Shown one piece after another: positions 19,244 through 28,425 of a stretch of 59,584 nucleotides of DNA (position 1 is its first letter; each line of letters opens with the position of its first letter). Source of the stretch: a virus. The position numbers were made by a program, and so were the translations under genes. The stretch lies in the IMG/VR virus record IMGVR_UViG_3300045988_105378, positions 1 through 59,584 of that record; one strand, written 5' to 3'. The notes under the pieces were generated by a model. The model was given only the letters and a program-made list of their open reading frames with translations. It was not told the DNA's origin and made no database searches.

Positions 19244-20298
19244 ATATGATTGGTATAGTAAATGAAGCAATCAATAGAAAATTAAATTCAATTAGTTTTA
19301 CAAACATCATAGTGGGAACAGTTGAGTCTGTTAAACCATTACAAATAAGAATAAATAGTAGAATCTTAATAGGGCAGAGTTTCATTGAACCTATGAGTCT
19401 AGGATTAAATGACTATTCTCCTAACTCTGCCCTACCACTTGTTGTGGGAGAAAAAGTGCAAATGGTTAGGTACAACAATGGACAAAGATTTTACATATTA
19501 GGTAAATCAGTTAGTTCTAGCACCATAAATGTTGATTATAGTAAACAGGTTTATAATAAACCGTCTTTAGTTACAACATCAGATGAATCTCTAAACCCTT
19601 CAAAAGAAGAAATAAATGGTGAAATATCTTTAAACAAGATTGCTAAAACAGGTAATTATAAGGATTTATTATATAAACCAATTATTCCAATAACATTTAC
19701 AGATAATATGGAATCTGATTATTCAATATCAGAATTACCAAGCTGGCAAGTAAGTCTACTACAGCAAATGATTAATGAATATCTCCAAGATAATGATAGT
19801 ATAAATAACTATATTTTAAGGGCAGATGGAATTCAGTACTTAGAGGATAGCGATTCTACCTTCGATGTCAGCATGAATTATGGTAAAACCGAATCCCTAT
19901 TCACTTTTAAAAAAGTAGGACCATATGGGTCTATACCACATGCGTTTCAATTTGTTGGCTCAATAATAGTTAATCAAAAAATTAGTAAAGGTAGTGGGTA
20001 CAGTAGTGCTGCCTTTCGAAAGAATGGTATAATGATTTATTGTGATAAAAATTATAAGATAACCGCTGTTTGTCAAAGATATAAATTGTACGGAGGGGAT
20101 AAGGATAACGCGGGATTTTCTGCTGATTATATTAGTACATATGATTCGTATACCAAAGCATATATACCAACTAAAGATTACCAACCAGCGACTAAAAAAT
20201 ATGTAGATGATGCTATTGCTGATGGAACAAAATCATTAGCAACAAAAGATTATGTTGATACCAATTTTCTTCAATTTGATGTTATTGAAGAATTTTAG
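19240..20298 (+). CDS. putative baseplate hub/spike protein
   Basis: 352 aa. An N-terminal segment (PLVVGEKVQMVRYNNGQRFYILGK) resembles the OB-fold start of gpV-type spikes. Weak evidence. Confidence 0.35.
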   Translation: MNMIGIVNEAINRKLNSISFTNIIVGTVESVKPLQIRINSRILIGQSFIEPMSLGLNDYSPNSALPLVVGEKVQMVRYNNGQRFYILGKSVSSSTINVDYSKQVYNKPSLVTTSDESLNPSKEEINGEISLNKIAKTGNYKDLLYKPIIPITFTDNMESDYSISELPSWQVSLLQQMINEYLQDNDSINNYILRADGIQYLEDSDSTFDVSMNYGKTESLFTFKKVGPYGSIPHAFQFVGSIIVNQKISKGSGYSSAAFRKNGIMIYCDKNYKITAVCQRYKLYGGDKDNAGFSADYISTYDSYTKAYIPTKDYQPATKKYVDDAIADGTKSLATKDYVDTNFLQFDVIEEF

Positions 20299-20325
20299 TA
20301 TATATATGAAAGGAGGAATGTTCAG

Positions 20326-20370
20326 ATGAACATTAAATTAGTACATGGGGGGGAAAGAGTTATTTATTAA
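20326..20370 (+). CDS. 14-codon leader mini-ORF containing a G7 homopolymer
   Basis: RBS GAAAGGAGGAATGTTCAG then ATG. Encodes MNIKLVHGGERVIY and contains GGGGGGG at 20347..20353 in an AT-rich genome. Confidence 0.3.
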   Translation: MNIKLVHGGERVIY

Positions 20371-20427
20371 GCTCAATTCCTTCTCTAATATCTCCGGAAG
20401 GAGGTATAAATAGATTAGGTGATACCA

Positions 20428-20949
20428 ATGGCTAAGGCGGTTCAGTTAAAAGATAAAAATGGAAATAAAATCTTTGCAGCACCGTGGATGCCTATTGGTT
20501 CAATATTCTTAACCGTATCTAATGATAACCCAAGTAAATACTTCGGTGGTACTTGGGAAAAGATAAGTGGTGGGTTCTTATGGGGGTGTAATACCTCAGT
20601 GGACAATAATTTGATGACCGATGGAAGCACCAAAACATTTAATGATGGTGGCGGAAATACCGGTAGCACTGCATTAAATGTTAACCAAATACCAAAGCAC
20701 GGACATTGGATTTTAGCATTAAATAAGAATTCCAATGGTTATAATTACAATTCCGACATGGACTATACTCCACAAGGTGAGAAAGTTGTAGTAAATTATA
20801 GTACTACATATTATGCTGATGAACGTGGTTGGGGTAATAGTGTTGGAATGCAAATGACTGGTGGTAATCAAGGTCATAATCATACATATCCAAATCATAC
20901 ACATGATATTCCGCACATAGGGGTATGGGTATGGAAAAGAATAAAATAA
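20428..20949 (+). CDS. phage tail-collar-domain protein, paralog 1
   Basis: Motifs FGGTWEKISGGFLWG and NQIPKHGHW plus His-rich ...GHNHTY..HTH... The C-terminus VWVWKRIK is shared in pattern with the next two genes. RBS TAGGTGA 5 nt before ATG 20428; the track ORF starts at GTG 20419. Confidence 0.6.
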   Translation: MAKAVQLKDKNGNKIFAAPWMPIGSIFLTVSNDNPSKYFGGTWEKISGGFLWGCNTSVDNNLMTDGSTKTFNDGGGNTGSTALNVNQIPKHGHWILALNKNSNGYNYNSDMDYTPQGEKVVVNYSTTYYADERGWGNSVGMQMTGGNQGHNHTYPNHTHDIPHIGVWVWKRIK

Positions 20950-20963
20950 TCTATTAGAATAGA

Positions 20964-21425
20964 ATGAAGGCAGTTTATTTAAAAGATAACAATAATAATA
21001 AGGTTGTAACGGTACCATATTATAGGGTAGGAGATTTATTTCTTACTACTATAGCAACAAATCCATCAAACTTTCTTAGTGGAAAATGGGAACTGTTTGG
21101 TCCAGGAAGATGTTTAGTATGCGTTAATACTTCAGACACAGATTTCAATACAGTAAAGAAAACTGGTGGGGAAAAGACACATAAACTAACAGTAAACGAA
21201 ATGCCAAGTCATAACCATCAATACGAAGATATTACAGGAAATAGGTCGTTGAATGGACAATTCGGAAGAAGTGGTTATTATGAATCGGAATCTTATATGG
21301 GGGTAACTAACTCCGTAATAGCATACGCAGACGCTGATTTTAGAATGACTTATGTTGGTGGTTCTGAATCACATAATAACTTACAACCATATATTACTTG
21401 TTATGTTTGGATAAGAATAGCTTAA
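20964..21425 (+). CDS. phage tail-collar-domain protein, paralog 2
   Basis: KTHKLTVNEMPSHNHQY...YVWIRIA. Collinear similarity to the flanking paralogs. Confidence 0.6.
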   Translation: MKAVYLKDNNNNKVVTVPYYRVGDLFLTTIATNPSNFLSGKWELFGPGRCLVCVNTSDTDFNTVKKTGGEKTHKLTVNEMPSHNHQYEDITGNRSLNGQFGRSGYYESESYMGVTNSVIAYADADFRMTYVGGSESHNNLQPYITCYVWIRIA

Positions 21426-21444
21426 TAAGAATACTCGTAATATT

Positions 21445-21891
21445 ATGAGTAAAGCAGTTAAATTAAGAAATGATTTATATTTAGATACTAGAGGAATAGT
21501 ACATAAAGGAAAAATATTAGCAGATATTCTATACCCGATAGGTAGTGTTTATATGAGCACTAATTCCACAAGCCCAGCAACACTGTTTGGTGGAACTTGG
21601 ACTAAAATAGAAGGTAGATTTTTATGGGCTACAGTAAATACACCAATGACAACAGGTGGTAGTAAAACTACCGACGATCACGTGCTGACGATTGACGAAA
21701 TACCACCACATACCCATAGTTATTATGGTCATTATGGTTATAATCGTCAGGCACGTAGTACTTTAGGATGGAATCTAGGAGATACAGATTATAATGATTA
21801 TAATGTTAGTACAACTGGCGGTGGACAAGGACACTCACATACATATATGCCGCCATATTTTGAAGTATATATGTGGTATAGAACTGCTTAA
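21445..21891 (+). CDS. phage tail-collar-domain protein, paralog 3
   Basis: YPIGSVYMS...LFGGTWTKIEGRFLWA...LTIDEIPPHTHSYYGHYGY...GHSHTY...YMWYRTA. Confidence 0.6.
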   Translation: MSKAVKLRNDLYLDTRGIVHKGKILADILYPIGSVYMSTNSTSPATLFGGTWTKIEGRFLWATVNTPMTTGGSKTTDDHVLTIDEIPPHTHSYYGHYGYNRQARSTLGWNLGDTDYNDYNVSTTGGGQGHSHTYMPPYFEVYMWYRTA

Positions 21892-21916
21892 CATAAAATA
21901 TTAACAAAGGAGGTAG

Positions 21917-22315
21917 ATGAATATGTTACCAGAATTAAATGCTATAAATCAGGTAGATGAAACGATGCCTAGTTATACATATAATATAAATAGAAATACA
22001 AATCGTATTTCCGGTTACATAGACAATAAGGATGCCATCGTTCAAGCCATATATCTAATATTACAAACCGAACGTTATGAATCAGTGATTTATAATTGGT
22101 ATTACGGTGCAGAATTAGATGATTTAATTGGTAAGAATAGGAATTATGTTACTAGTGAATTAAGAAGAATGATTAGAGAAGCATTATTAGAAGATGATAG
22201 AATCAGTGAGGTTACCAGTTTTTCTTTCAATTTTAAAGATGATTCAGTACTAGTTCAATTCTTAGTTCAAACAATCATTGGTGACATACAAATGGAATGG
22301 GAGGTGAATATTTAA
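21917..22315 (+). CDS. baseplate wedge protein (gpW/gp25-like, putative)
   Basis: 132 aa immediately upstream of the baseplate J-like gene. Stop overlaps the next start (TAATG). Confidence 0.45.
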   Translation: MNMLPELNAINQVDETMPSYTYNINRNTNRISGYIDNKDAIVQAIYLILQTERYESVIYNWYYGAELDDLIGKNRNYVTSELRRMIREALLEDDRISEVTSFSFNFKDDSVLVQFLVQTIIGDIQMEWEVNI

Positions 22316-23379
22316 TGAATGAGATACCTACTTATGAAGAGATTTTACAAAGATGTTTAGATAGAATTCCAAATAGTTTTGATAAAAGACAAGGTTCAAT
22401 TATATATGATGCTTTAGCACCTTGCTGTGTTGAATTAGCACAAATGTATATCCAATTAGCAAGTACATATGAATTAGTATTTATAGATACAGCAGTTGGG
22501 GATTCATTAGATGCTTTAGTTAAACAGAATGGTATTAGTAGAAAAGAAGCAACAAAAGCCTTACGTAAAGGTGAATTTAATATGGTTGTACCAGTTGGTA
22601 GCAGATTTTCAGACGGAACTAATAGTTATATAGTTACAGAAAATATTCCTAATTCTAATAATTCTAAACTTAGATGTGAACAAGCCGGAAGTGTTGGTAA
22701 TTCATATTATGGTTCACTTACACCAATTAGTTATATTACTGGTCTAACAAAAGCAGAATTAACTGATATTATAGATCTAGGTGATGATGTTGAAACAGAT
22801 GATGCTTTAAGGGAAAGATATATGGAAGTAGTTACAGCACCTCAATTTGGTGGTAATGTTTCCGACTATCAAAATAAAGTAAAAGCATTGGAAGGAGTTG
22901 GAGGTTGTAAAGTTATTCCTATATGGAATGGTGGAGGAACCGTAAAACTTATTATTACTAATTCACAAGGTGGTGTTCCAACTGAATCATTAGTTAGTTC
23001 AGTACAACAAGCAGTAGATCCAACACAAGATCAAACCGGAATGGGTATAGCACCAATCGGTCATATAGTTACAGTTGTTGGTGCAGAGGCATTAAATATT
23101 ACAATATCAGCAACATTTACATTACAAACAGGATTATCACCAAGTGATATTCAAGAAAGTGTAAACCAAGTTGTTGATAATTACTTTACTGCTTTATCTA
23201 GAACTTGGGATAAAGAAGATAATCTTATTGTTAGAATTAGTCAGATTGAAACTAGATTACTTGGTGTTAGTGGTGTATTAGATGTTACTAATGTTAAGTT
23301 AAATAATAATACTAGTAATATATCACTTGAAGCAAACCAAATACCAGTAAGAAATGGTGGTGTTGTAGTAAATGTCTAA
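22315..23379 (+). CDS. baseplate J-like protein
   Basis: 354 aa from the RBS-supported ATG 22315; the track ORF starts at 22297. Size and position match baseplate J / XkdT. Confidence 0.55.
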   Translation: MNEIPTYEEILQRCLDRIPNSFDKRQGSIIYDALAPCCVELAQMYIQLASTYELVFIDTAVGDSLDALVKQNGISRKEATKALRKGEFNMVVPVGSRFSDGTNSYIVTENIPNSNNSKLRCEQAGSVGNSYYGSLTPISYITGLTKAELTDIIDLGDDVETDDALRERYMEVVTAPQFGGNVSDYQNKVKALEGVGGCKVIPIWNGGGTVKLIITNSQGGVPTESLVSSVQQAVDPTQDQTGMGIAPIGHIVTVVGAEALNITISATFTLQTGLSPSDIQESVNQVVDNYFTALSRTWDKEDNLIVRISQIETRLLGVSGVLDVTNVKLNNNTSNISLEANQIPVRNGGVVVNV

Positions 23380-23908
23380 GATAAATAATTACTTACCAAA
23401 AGTACTACAACCAATAGTTGAATTTCAGCAAATAAATTCAGATTTAGATATAGAATTAAATAATATAGATGAACTAATTAAAAATATTGAAAAAGAAGTT
23501 ATTGTTCAGACTGCCACAGAATATGGTATTAACCAATGGGAAAAAACTTTAGGAATTATTCCTAGTGATAATGATTCATTAGAAGTTAGAAGATTTAGAG
23601 TTTCTAATATCTTAACTAGTAAATTACCATATACAGTTAGATGGTTAAAACAAAAATTAACTGAAATAGTTGGTTCAGCAAGTGGTTGGACATTAAATAT
23701 TAACAATAGAGATTATACTATTACTATTGTTCTTTCAGGGTTAGATACAAAACTAATGTTGGAAGTAGAAAAGCAATTAAGGAATGCAATACCTTCAAAT
23801 ATGGTTTTAGAAATTGGAGGACCTAGTATTGCCGGTGGTAATATTAAAGTTGGTATTGCTATGATGTATGGTACTAAGTATACCATAGGAAGTTCTTATA
23901 CAAGTTAA
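23372..23908 (+). CDS. tail protein (XkdU/gpI-like position)
   Basis: 178 aa overlapping the end of the J-like gene. Confidence 0.45.
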   Translation: MSKINNYLPKVLQPIVEFQQINSDLDIELNNIDELIKNIEKEVIVQTATEYGINQWEKTLGIIPSDNDSLEVRRFRVSNILTSKLPYTVRWLKQKLTEIVGSASGWTLNINNRDYTITIVLSGLDTKLMLEVEKQLRNAIPSNMVLEIGGPSIAGGNIKVGIAMMYGTKYTIGSSYTS

Positions 23909-23923
23909 AAGGAGGTGTAAGAT

Positions 23924-24727
23924 ATGTTTAATGGATTAGTTTTAACAAATAAGGGTATGGAATTACTAACCAACTTATTAAATGGTCATAACATTCAATT
24001 TACTCATATTAAAATGGGTAATGGTGATGCCCCAGCAGATATTAGTACAATGACCGATTTAGTTAGTACTAAACAAACATTACCAATAGCACGTAATTCT
24101 ATTATAGATTTTAAAACTATGTTAATAGGTGCCAATTTATATGGAACAAATGTTAAGGAAGCATTCTATTGGAAAGAAGTTGGTTTATTTGCCAAAGATT
24201 TAGATGGGGATAACATTGAATATTTATTTAGTTATGATAATGCTGGTAGTCAGGCAAGTTATATACCTGCCGGTGGAGCTGTTACAGAACAGTTAATAGA
24301 CCTAAACGTAGTAGTAGGAAATGTTGATAACGTTACTATTGAAATTGATAAATCATTAGTATATGCCACACAAGATGATATGGATAAAGCAATAGAGACA
24401 TTAAATACTACATTAACTAATAAAATAAACACAGATGTTAAATCGGTAAATGATGCTTTAACGACACATAAAAATGATAAGAAAAATCCACACGGTGTAA
24501 CTAAATCACAAGTTGAATTAGGAAGTGTTGAAAATTATGGAATAGCAACTGAGGCGGAAGCAAAAGCAGGAACAGCAGCAAATAAGTATATGACACCACA
24601 GAGAGTTAAGAATGCAGTAGAAGCATTCGGGGTTATTTCAGATGGTAATGTAATAATTAAAGTTGGTGGTACACAACCAACAGCACAAACAGGTAAAACA
24701 ATAATTTGGATAAATACAGCAAGTTAG
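23924..24727 (+). CDS. tail fibre protein
   Basis: C-terminal region NPHGVTKSQVELGSVENYGIATEAEAKAGTAANKYMTPQRVKNAVEAF matches the widespread phage tail-fibre attachment repeat. Confidence 0.6.
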   Translation: MFNGLVLTNKGMELLTNLLNGHNIQFTHIKMGNGDAPADISTMTDLVSTKQTLPIARNSIIDFKTMLIGANLYGTNVKEAFYWKEVGLFAKDLDGDNIEYLFSYDNAGSQASYIPAGGAVTEQLIDLNVVVGNVDNVTIEIDKSLVYATQDDMDKAIETLNTTLTNKINTDVKSVNDALTTHKNDKKNPHGVTKSQVELGSVENYGIATEAEAKAGTAANKYMTPQRVKNAVEAFGVISDGNVIIKVGGTQPTAQTGKTIIWINTAS

Positions 24728-24744
24728 GAAGGAGTTGATTTTAA

Positions 24745-26220
24745 ATGGCAACAGCTATATCTACACAAACCTTAGATAGTGGCAATCCCGCCGTATATGG
24801 TAATGTGACATATGATTATTGGCGTTCCGGTAATTATATGGTTTATAAAGTTACAGTTTCTGCTTGGCTTGGTAGAAACGGTTGGAGAAATAATAGATGG
24901 GCTTGTAAATTATGGGTTAACGGTGAAGAAATATGGTCAAATCAAACATTAAAAGGTCAAACTTCCGGAAATCTTGGAACTGATCCATATTCAGCAACTA
25001 CAGATGAAATATGGATACCAGTTAATAGTGGTTCTATTTCAGTCCGAGTTCAATTTGCAGATACAGGATTCAATACTGGTTGGAATCCAAATCTAAGTAA
25101 TTTTACCAACTGGGGAACATATAATGGCTCTTTAGCTGTAAGTACACCATCGGCACCAGGGGCTCCCGGATATGTCAGTATCCCAAGTTCAATAGCACCA
25201 GATCAAACTGCTAATATTAGTTGGGGTAGTGCAAGTGGTGGTACTAACGGAGTTAGTGGATACCAATTATCATATACTAAAGATGGTGGAAGTAATTGGA
25301 CATATGTAGATGTTAGTGGAACTAGTTACAATCTAAATCTAAATAGTGCCGGATTTGTTAATGGAAGTGTATTAATAGCAACAGTAAGGTCATATAGTAC
25401 CGTAAATGGAAGTAGATATTACAGTGGTTGGACTTATAGTGGAAATACCACAACATCATTCGTAGCACCATCTACACCATCTACAGTTACAATACCTAAT
25501 TCAATAGCACCGGATAAAACAGCATCTATTAGTTGGTCGGCAGCAAGTGGTGGTAGTAATGGTGTTAAAGGATATGCTTACCAATGGAGTAAAGATGGTG
25601 GAAGTACTTGGTCTACAGAAAAAACTACCACAAGCACAAGTTTAAGTTTAAACTTAGGGGCAAATGGATTTGTTAATGGAAGTAGGTTAGCATTTAGAGT
25701 AAGATCATATACTACAGGTCAAGGAAATAATTACTACAGCAATTATAAAACAAGTTCAGTTACTACAACATCATTCGTGGCACCAACAGTACCACAGAAT
25801 CAAACTATTAGTTATGATATGTCAGAACCAATTCCGACAGGAATATATAAAGCTAGTTGGAAAGCACCTACTAGTACAGGTACCAATGGTATTAGTGGTT
25901 ATAGTATTCAATGGTTAAAAAACGGAGAAAACTTTGGAAGTGAATATGATGTAACCGGAACCTCAGCGGAAAAAGAAACTACAGAAGATACTATACAACC
26001 AAATGATACTATATCATTTAAAGTTAGGGCATATACAATAGGTCAAAATAATAAATATTATAGTAACTATGTTACCAGTGGAACTATAACAATAGTAAGT
26101 GATAAATTCATTTATATATCACAGAATGGTGGTTCATTTATTAAATATAAAGCCTACATTAGTGTTAATGGTGGGGGCTTTAAAGAAATAAAAAAAGAAA
26201 AATTAAAAGTAATACAATAG
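24745..26220 (+). CDS. tail fibre / receptor-binding protein with three tandem FN3/Ig-like repeats
   Basis: Repeats SIAPDQTANISWGSASGGTNGVSGYQLSYTKDGGSNW..., SIAPDKTASISWSAASGGSNGVKGYAYQWSKDGGSTW..., YKASWKAPTSTGTNGISGYSIQWLKNGENF..., each ending ...YYSNY.TS..TTTSFVAP. Confidence 0.6.
   Translation: MATAISTQTLDSGNPAVYGNVTYDYWRSGNYMVYKVTVSAWLGRNGWRNNRWACKLWVNGEEIWSNQTLKGQTSGNLGTDPYSATTDEIWIPVNSGSISVRVQFADTGFNTGWNPNLSNFTNWGTYNGSLAVSTPSAPGAPGYVSIPSSIAPDQTANISWGSASGGTNGVSGYQLSYTKDGGSNWTYVDVSGTSYNLNLNSAGFVNGSVLIATVRSYSTVNGSRYYSGWTYSGNTTTSFVAPSTPSTVTIPNSIAPDKTASISWSAASGGSNGVKGYAYQWSKDGGSTWSTEKTTTSTSLSLNLGANGFVNGSRLAFRVRSYTTGQGNNYYSNYKTSSVTTTSFVAPTVPQNQTISYDMSEPIPTGIYKASWKAPTSTGTNGISGYSIQWLKNGENFGSEYDVTGTSAEKETTEDTIQPNDTISFKVRAYTIGQNNKYYSNYVTSGTITIVSDKFIYISQNGGSFIKYKAYISVNGGGFKEIKKEKLKVIQ
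25190..26070 (+). repeat. three roughly 290-bp in-frame tandem repeats encoding FN3-like modules
   Basis: Seen at the protein level within 24745..26220. The DNA copies have diverged. Confidence 0.5.
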
Positions 26221-26242
26221 AATAAGAATAAGGAGGTATTAT

Positions 26243-26860
26243 ATGGAATGGTTAACCGCCATATTAGTAGGAATAACAGCAGTTATTTCTGCAGCTGGGA
26301 CTTTAGTAGTGACAGCAATGAAAACCAAAAAACAAATAGAAGATACTATTCCTAAAAAGCTCAAAAAACAATGTGGTATTGATACAATAATCATTCAGCG
26401 TATGGAAGAAGTTAAAGAAATATTAGATGCTGATAGAGTTCAGATATATGATTTCCATAACGGTGACCACTATGCTAATGGAAGAAGTGCATTAAAAACT
26501 ACTTGTACCTATGAGGTAGTTAGGACAGGAGTAAAAGGATACCAAATGTATTTACAGGCAGTACCATTAAGTGCCATACCAAGATTTACAAAGAAATTAT
26601 TAGATGAAGGTGAATTAGATGTTCCTTGCCTAAAAAGTATTGAAGAATCTATGCCAGGAGCCTACAATATTAAAAGAGAACAAGGGGTTAATGGATTTTA
26701 CGATATAATTTTAGAAAATAAGCAAGGGGAACCTATTGGCTTTCTAGCAATCCAATATGTTAATAATTCTCATAAAACATATAATAATAAAGAGAAGAAT
26801 GAAATCTTAAGATTGAAATTCTTCATTGAAGATAATCTAGAACAGATGATTAAAAAGTAA
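26243..26860 (+). CDS. hypothetical N-terminally membrane-anchored protein (205 aa)
   Basis: Transmembrane segment LTAILVGITAVISAAGTLVVTAM. Located between the fibre genes and the holin. Confidence 0.5.
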   Translation: MEWLTAILVGITAVISAAGTLVVTAMKTKKQIEDTIPKKLKKQCGIDTIIIQRMEEVKEILDADRVQIYDFHNGDHYANGRSALKTTCTYEVVRTGVKGYQMYLQAVPLSAIPRFTKKLLDEGELDVPCLKSIEESMPGAYNIKREQGVNGFYDIILENKQGEPIGFLAIQYVNNSHKTYNNKEKNEILRLKFFIEDNLEQMIKK

Positions 26861-26874
26861 GAGGAGGTGAAAGT

Positions 26875-27162
26875 ATGGAATATGCAGCATTAGTAATTGT
26901 AGCAATTCTAGTAGAGGCAATATGGGAAAATATTAAGATGGTATTTCCGAACAAGAAATTCTCAATCTCAATGTTAGGTTCATTATTAGTTTCTATTCTA
27001 ATATGTGTTCTAACAAAGGTTGATATATTCCCAGTTGTAGGTTTATCTATTTCAATACCAGTTATTGGAAGTATTCTAACCGGTATTATAGTAAGCCGTG
27101 GTGCTAACTTTGTTAATGATTTGTTTACAAAATTAAAAGGAGGAACTAACAATGGAAAATAA
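26875..27162 (+). CDS. holin (putative, three predicted TM segments)
   Basis: 95 aa. Three hydrophobic segments (AALVIVAILVEAIW; LGSLLVSILICVL; VVGLSISIPVIGSILTGIIV). Immediately upstream of the endolysin. Confidence 0.65.
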   Translation: MEYAALVIVAILVEAIWENIKMVFPNKKFSISMLGSLLVSILICVLTKVDIFPVVGLSISIPVIGSILTGIIVSRGANFVNDLFTKLKGGTNNGK

Positions 27163-27292
27163 CTTAGAAAACATTGAAGAAGTTGAACTAAAAGAACAAG
27201 CCGAAGATGAAATAGGTCCGGAAGAAAGAGAAGAAGATTTCGGTATACCATCTGAGGATGAAGAATTAGTTGAATTAGAAGAGGAGGAATAA
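27152..27292 (+). CDS. hypothetical 46-aa poly-acidic peptide
   Basis: ATG 27152 preceded by AAAGGAGGAACTAACA. Encodes MENNLENIEEVELKEQAEDEIGPEEREEDFGIPSEDEELVELEEEE. Below the 60-aa track cutoff. Overlaps the holin 3' end by 11 nt. Confidence 0.35.
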   Translation: MENNLENIEEVELKEQAEDEIGPEEREEDFGIPSEDEELVELEEEE

Positions 27293-27294
27293 AT

Positions 27295-28260
27295 ATGAAA
27301 GTATTTGGTATTGATATCAGTACTTGGCAAAGAGGTTATCCTTATGATAAAGCCAATTCCGAAGGTGTAAAGTTTGCCATATTAAGAGCAGGTTTTGCAC
27401 AAACCAAAGATAATCAATTTGAAACACACTATGCCAATGCTAAGAGATTAGGTTGGGGTGTAGGTGCTTATTGGTATATGTATGCCACAACAGTTGAAGG
27501 TGCTAAGAAGGAAGCAAGGGCATTCCTAAAAGCAATTGCTGGTAAACAATTTGATTATCCAGTATATCTAGATATTGAGGATGGAAGTATTTCTAGAAAT
27601 ACTACTAAAGAAACTAGAAATGCTATGGTTAGAGCATTCGGTGAAATAATAGAATCAGCAGGATATTACTTTGGTGTTTACTGTAACCTTAATTGGTATA
27701 GAAACATAATTAGTGGTGCTGAATTAAATAAAAAATATGATTGGTGGATTGCTTGCTGGTCTAAAGGGGCACCAAGTGGTCTTAACTATGGTCTATGGCA
27801 ATTTGGTGGTGAAACTAATTACATTAGAGGTAATAAAGTAGCCGGAGTTACTACAGATCAAAACTATGCAGTGAAGGATTATCCAACAATAATCAAAAAT
27901 GCAGGATTAAATGGTTATCCAAAACAATCTAATCCAGAACCTACACCAGCACCAAAACCAAGTATTCCATATGAAGGAGTAAGTGATGAAGAACTTGCCA
28001 GAAGAGTATGGCTAGGGGAATTTGGAAATGGGGAAGAAAGAAAAAATAAATTAGGATCTAGATATGCCGCAGTACAAGCTTTAGTAGATAGAGGGGTTGG
28101 AAAACCTCAATCACAAGCACAATACTATACAATCCAACGTGGGGATACTTTATATGGTATAGCGTTAAAGTTTGGTACTACTATAGGTCAATTAGTAAAA
28201 TGGAATAACATTAAGAATGCTAATTTGATATATGCTGGAACTAAAATAAGAGTAAAATAA
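27295..28260 (+). CDS. endolysin: GH25 muramidase + CW_7 motif + LysM
   Basis: N-terminus FGIDISTWQ...DYPVYLDIEDG matches GH25 lysozymes. RVWLGEFGNGEERKNKLGSRYAAVQALV is a CW_7-type repeat. C-terminus YYTIQRGDTLYGIALKFGTTIGQLVKWNN...AGTKIRV is a LysM domain. Confidence 0.9.
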   Translation: MKVFGIDISTWQRGYPYDKANSEGVKFAILRAGFAQTKDNQFETHYANAKRLGWGVGAYWYMYATTVEGAKKEARAFLKAIAGKQFDYPVYLDIEDGSISRNTTKETRNAMVRAFGEIIESAGYYFGVYCNLNWYRNIISGAELNKKYDWWIACWSKGAPSGLNYGLWQFGGETNYIRGNKVAGVTTDQNYAVKDYPTIIKNAGLNGYPKQSNPEPTPAPKPSIPYEGVSDEELARRVWLGEFGNGEERKNKLGSRYAAVQALVDRGVGKPQSQAQYYTIQRGDTLYGIALKFGTTIGQLVKWNNIKNANLIYAGTKIRVK

Positions 28261-28276
28261 GAAGAGAAATTATAAA

Positions 28277-28304
28277 AGTGCCTTACCAAAGGTGCTTTTT
28301 TTTT
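28277..28304 (+). terminator. rho-independent terminator after the lysis module
   Basis: AGUGCCUU-ACCA-AAGGUGCU, an 8-bp stem with two G-U pairs, followed by a T8 run. Confidence 0.55.
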
Positions 28305-28308
28305 ATCG

Positions 28309-28314
28309 TATAAT
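28309..28314 (+). promoter_or_regulatory. tcgTATAAT-type -10 element (family member 1 of 7)
   Basis: TATCGTATAATATAT directly after the terminator T-run. Shares the xCGTATAAT core with six other sites. Confidence 0.25.
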
Positions 28315-28334
28315 ATATAAAATCTCAGATAATA

Positions 28335-28397
28335 TCCGAAAGTTTTTTCGGAAATTACCATTTATGACTTGTTTTTCTCATAAAAAGATGCTATAAT
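28335..28397 (+). promoter_or_regulatory. early promoter P_A: -35 TTGTTT (28369..28374), 17-nt spacer, TGcTATAAT extended -10 (28389..28397); upstream 7-bp inverted repeat TCCGAAA-gttt-TTTCGGA (28335..28352) and conserved GGAAATTACCATTT element
   Basis: Sigma-A-type consensus. The 48-nt core (28350..28397) is about 85 percent identical to 57729..57776. Confidence 0.55.
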
Positions 28398-28425
28398 AAT
28401 AAATGTAAGGAAGGAGATAGTTAAA

